Origin: Candidatus Velamenicoccus archaeovorus
GTDB taxonomy: Bacteria; Omnitrophota; Gorgyraeia; Velamenicoccales; Velamenicoccaceae
Direction of reading: 5' to 3'
Length of the DNA stretch: 32,000 bases
Assembly (NCBI RefSeq): GCF_004102945.1
Contig: NZ_CP019384.1
Coordinates: 240,001 to 272,000 of the forward strand
In this document: positions 30,970 to 32,000 of the stretch, piece by piece
Position numbering within the stretch: position 1 is the first letter of the stretch
Layout: each line of letters starts with the position of its first letter
Program-made: the position numbers and the translations under genes
Notes under the pieces: generated by a model
Seen by the model: the letters and a program-made list of their open reading frames with translations, nothing else
Told to the model about the DNA's origin: nothing
The model's database searches: none

Positions 30970-31905
30970 CTAGACGATCTTTGCCGCCCTGTGACGGATG
31001 ATGCGCGTGATCTTGGTGGCAAGTCTCAGGGCCTCGTAGGCTTCGATGCCGGAGACGACCGGCTGGCGGTGGTTGCGCACGCAGACGGTGAAAGATTCGA
31101 TCTCTTTTTTGATCGGTTCCTCTTTCTCGATGGGGATGGCGGTCTTGGTGATGGAGTGGTTCTCTTTTTTGTAGACAAAGGCCTCCTGGACCTGGTAGTC
31201 GAGCGAGATGTAGGTGTCCTTGAGGAAGATGCGGATCTTGCGCATGACCTCGTCGGAGATGCGCGAGGCCGTCAGGTTGACGATGCAGCCGTTTCTGAAA
31301 TGCAGGCGGACGTTGGCGATGTCCTCGAAAGGCGTCAGCACGTTGACGCCGACGGCGTCGATGTGTGTGATCTTCGACTGGATGAGCCCCAGGATGATGT
31401 CGATGTCGTGGATCATGAGGTCGAAGACCACGCCGATGTCCAGCGACCTGTTCGGGAAGGGACTGAGGCGGTGACATTCGATAAAGCGCGGCTGGTGCAC
31501 GATCTTCTGCGCCGCGATGAACGCGGAATTAAAGCGTTCCACATGGCCGACTTGAAGGATGACGCGGAACCTGCGGGCGAGGCGAATGAGCTTGCGCGCC
31601 TGGCGCAGGTCGTTCGTGATGGGTTTTTCGATCAGGACGTGCTTCTTGTGCGCGATCGCGAACTTCGCGACCTCAAAATGGGTGCTGGTGGGAGTGGCGA
31701 TGCTGACAATGTCGGCCTGGGGGATGAGTGTCTTGTAATCCGTGAAGGCCTGCGTGTGGTGTGTCTGTGCGAGTTGTTCGGCCCGGACGGCATCGATGTC
31801 GCAGACGCCGACGAGCCTGATGTAGGGGATCTCTGTGTACACACGCGTGTGGATGGACCCCAGCCGGCCGCAACCGATGACAGCTACCTTGAGTTCGTGA
31901 GGCAT
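30970..31905 (-). CDS. Gfo/Idh/MocA family NAD(P)-dependent oxidoreductase
   Basis: N-terminal Rossmann KVAVIGCGRLGSIHTRVY, then VLIEKP and a C-terminal alpha/beta domain. It is 19 nt upstream of lpxB on the same strand. ATG 31905 is chosen over 31977. Confidence 0.85.
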   Translation of the reverse strand: MPHELKVAVIGCGRLGSIHTRVYTEIPYIRLVGVCDIDAVRAEQLAQTHHTQAFTDYKTLIPQADIVSIATPTSTHFEVAKFAIAHKKHVLIEKPITNDLRQARKLIRLARRFRVILQVGHVERFNSAFIAAQKIVHQPRFIECHRLSPFPNRSLDIGVVFDLMIHDIDIILGLIQSKITHIDAVGVNVLTPFEDIANVRLHFRNGCIVNLTASRISDEVMRKIRIFLKDTYISLDYQVQEAFVYKKENHSITKTAIPIEKEEPIKKEIESFTVCVRNHRQPVVSGIEAYEALRLATKITRIIRHRAAKIV

Positions 31906-32000
31906 TAAATGAGCAGACGATTTATGCCTGCCTGCCCTGTGGGCATGGCCCGCCAAGGCAGGGAGTTGTCGCCTCACCGCTTTAAGCGGAGAGATCGCTA

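Noticed and set aside
30928-31908. A 326-aa plus-strand ORF opposite the oxidoreductase gene; also 19345-20427 (+), out of frame within the permease gene.
   Set aside because: The product is D/V/G/R-rich and low-complexity. The alternative frame or strand encodes clear Rossmann and ABC-2 permease sequences.
1-32000. A CRISPR array, rRNA, tmRNA, RNase P RNA, SRP RNA, a group II intron or a retron.
   Set aside because: There are no regularly spaced direct repeats beyond the 2-3 copy palindromic families. By eye I found none of the conserved RNase P, SRP or tmRNA consensus blocks, and no reverse transcriptase ORF was seen. A covariance-model scan would be needed for certainty.

Overview
This window is a chromosomal segment from a diderm (Gram-negative type) bacterium; the lineage cannot be determined from the sequence alone. 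It is moderately GC-rich by eye. The codon usage largely avoids TTA, CTA and TCA, which creates many long spurious antisense ORFs. Left part (1-8.1 kb): the 3' part of dnaB, then an outer-membrane and lipid A block, bamA-skp-lpxD-lpxC/fabZ(fusion)-lpxA-lpxI. Middle part: a small CBM48-like protein, a small radical SAM enzyme, tRNA-Arg(UCG), a TMTC/PMT-like GT-C membrane glycosyltransferase with C-terminal TPRs, a TIGR04073-like secreted protein (minus strand), and a histidine kinase / single-domain response regulator / chagasin-like peptidase inhibitor operon. It continues with a six-gene TolC-HlyD-2xABC ATPase-2xABC-2 permease exporter, whose TolC ORF carries an in-frame N-terminal winged-helix-like extension. 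Right part (21.9-29.8 kb): this looks accessory. It holds a structured non-coding stretch with a near-consensus orphan promoter, tRNA-Lys(CUU) flanked by short tRNA-derived fragments, and two families of palindromic repeats that bracket gene blocks. The genes there are a B12-type radical SAM, an inverse autotransporter with a beta-helix passenger, a GT2-PilZ-DUF4186-DUF362/ferredoxin operon and a YmdB-like macro domain gene. The window ends with lpxB and a Gfo/Idh/MocA oxidoreductase on the minus strand. No CRISPR array, transposase, integrase or rRNA was seen. All functional calls rest on motif recognition by eye; no database search was run.
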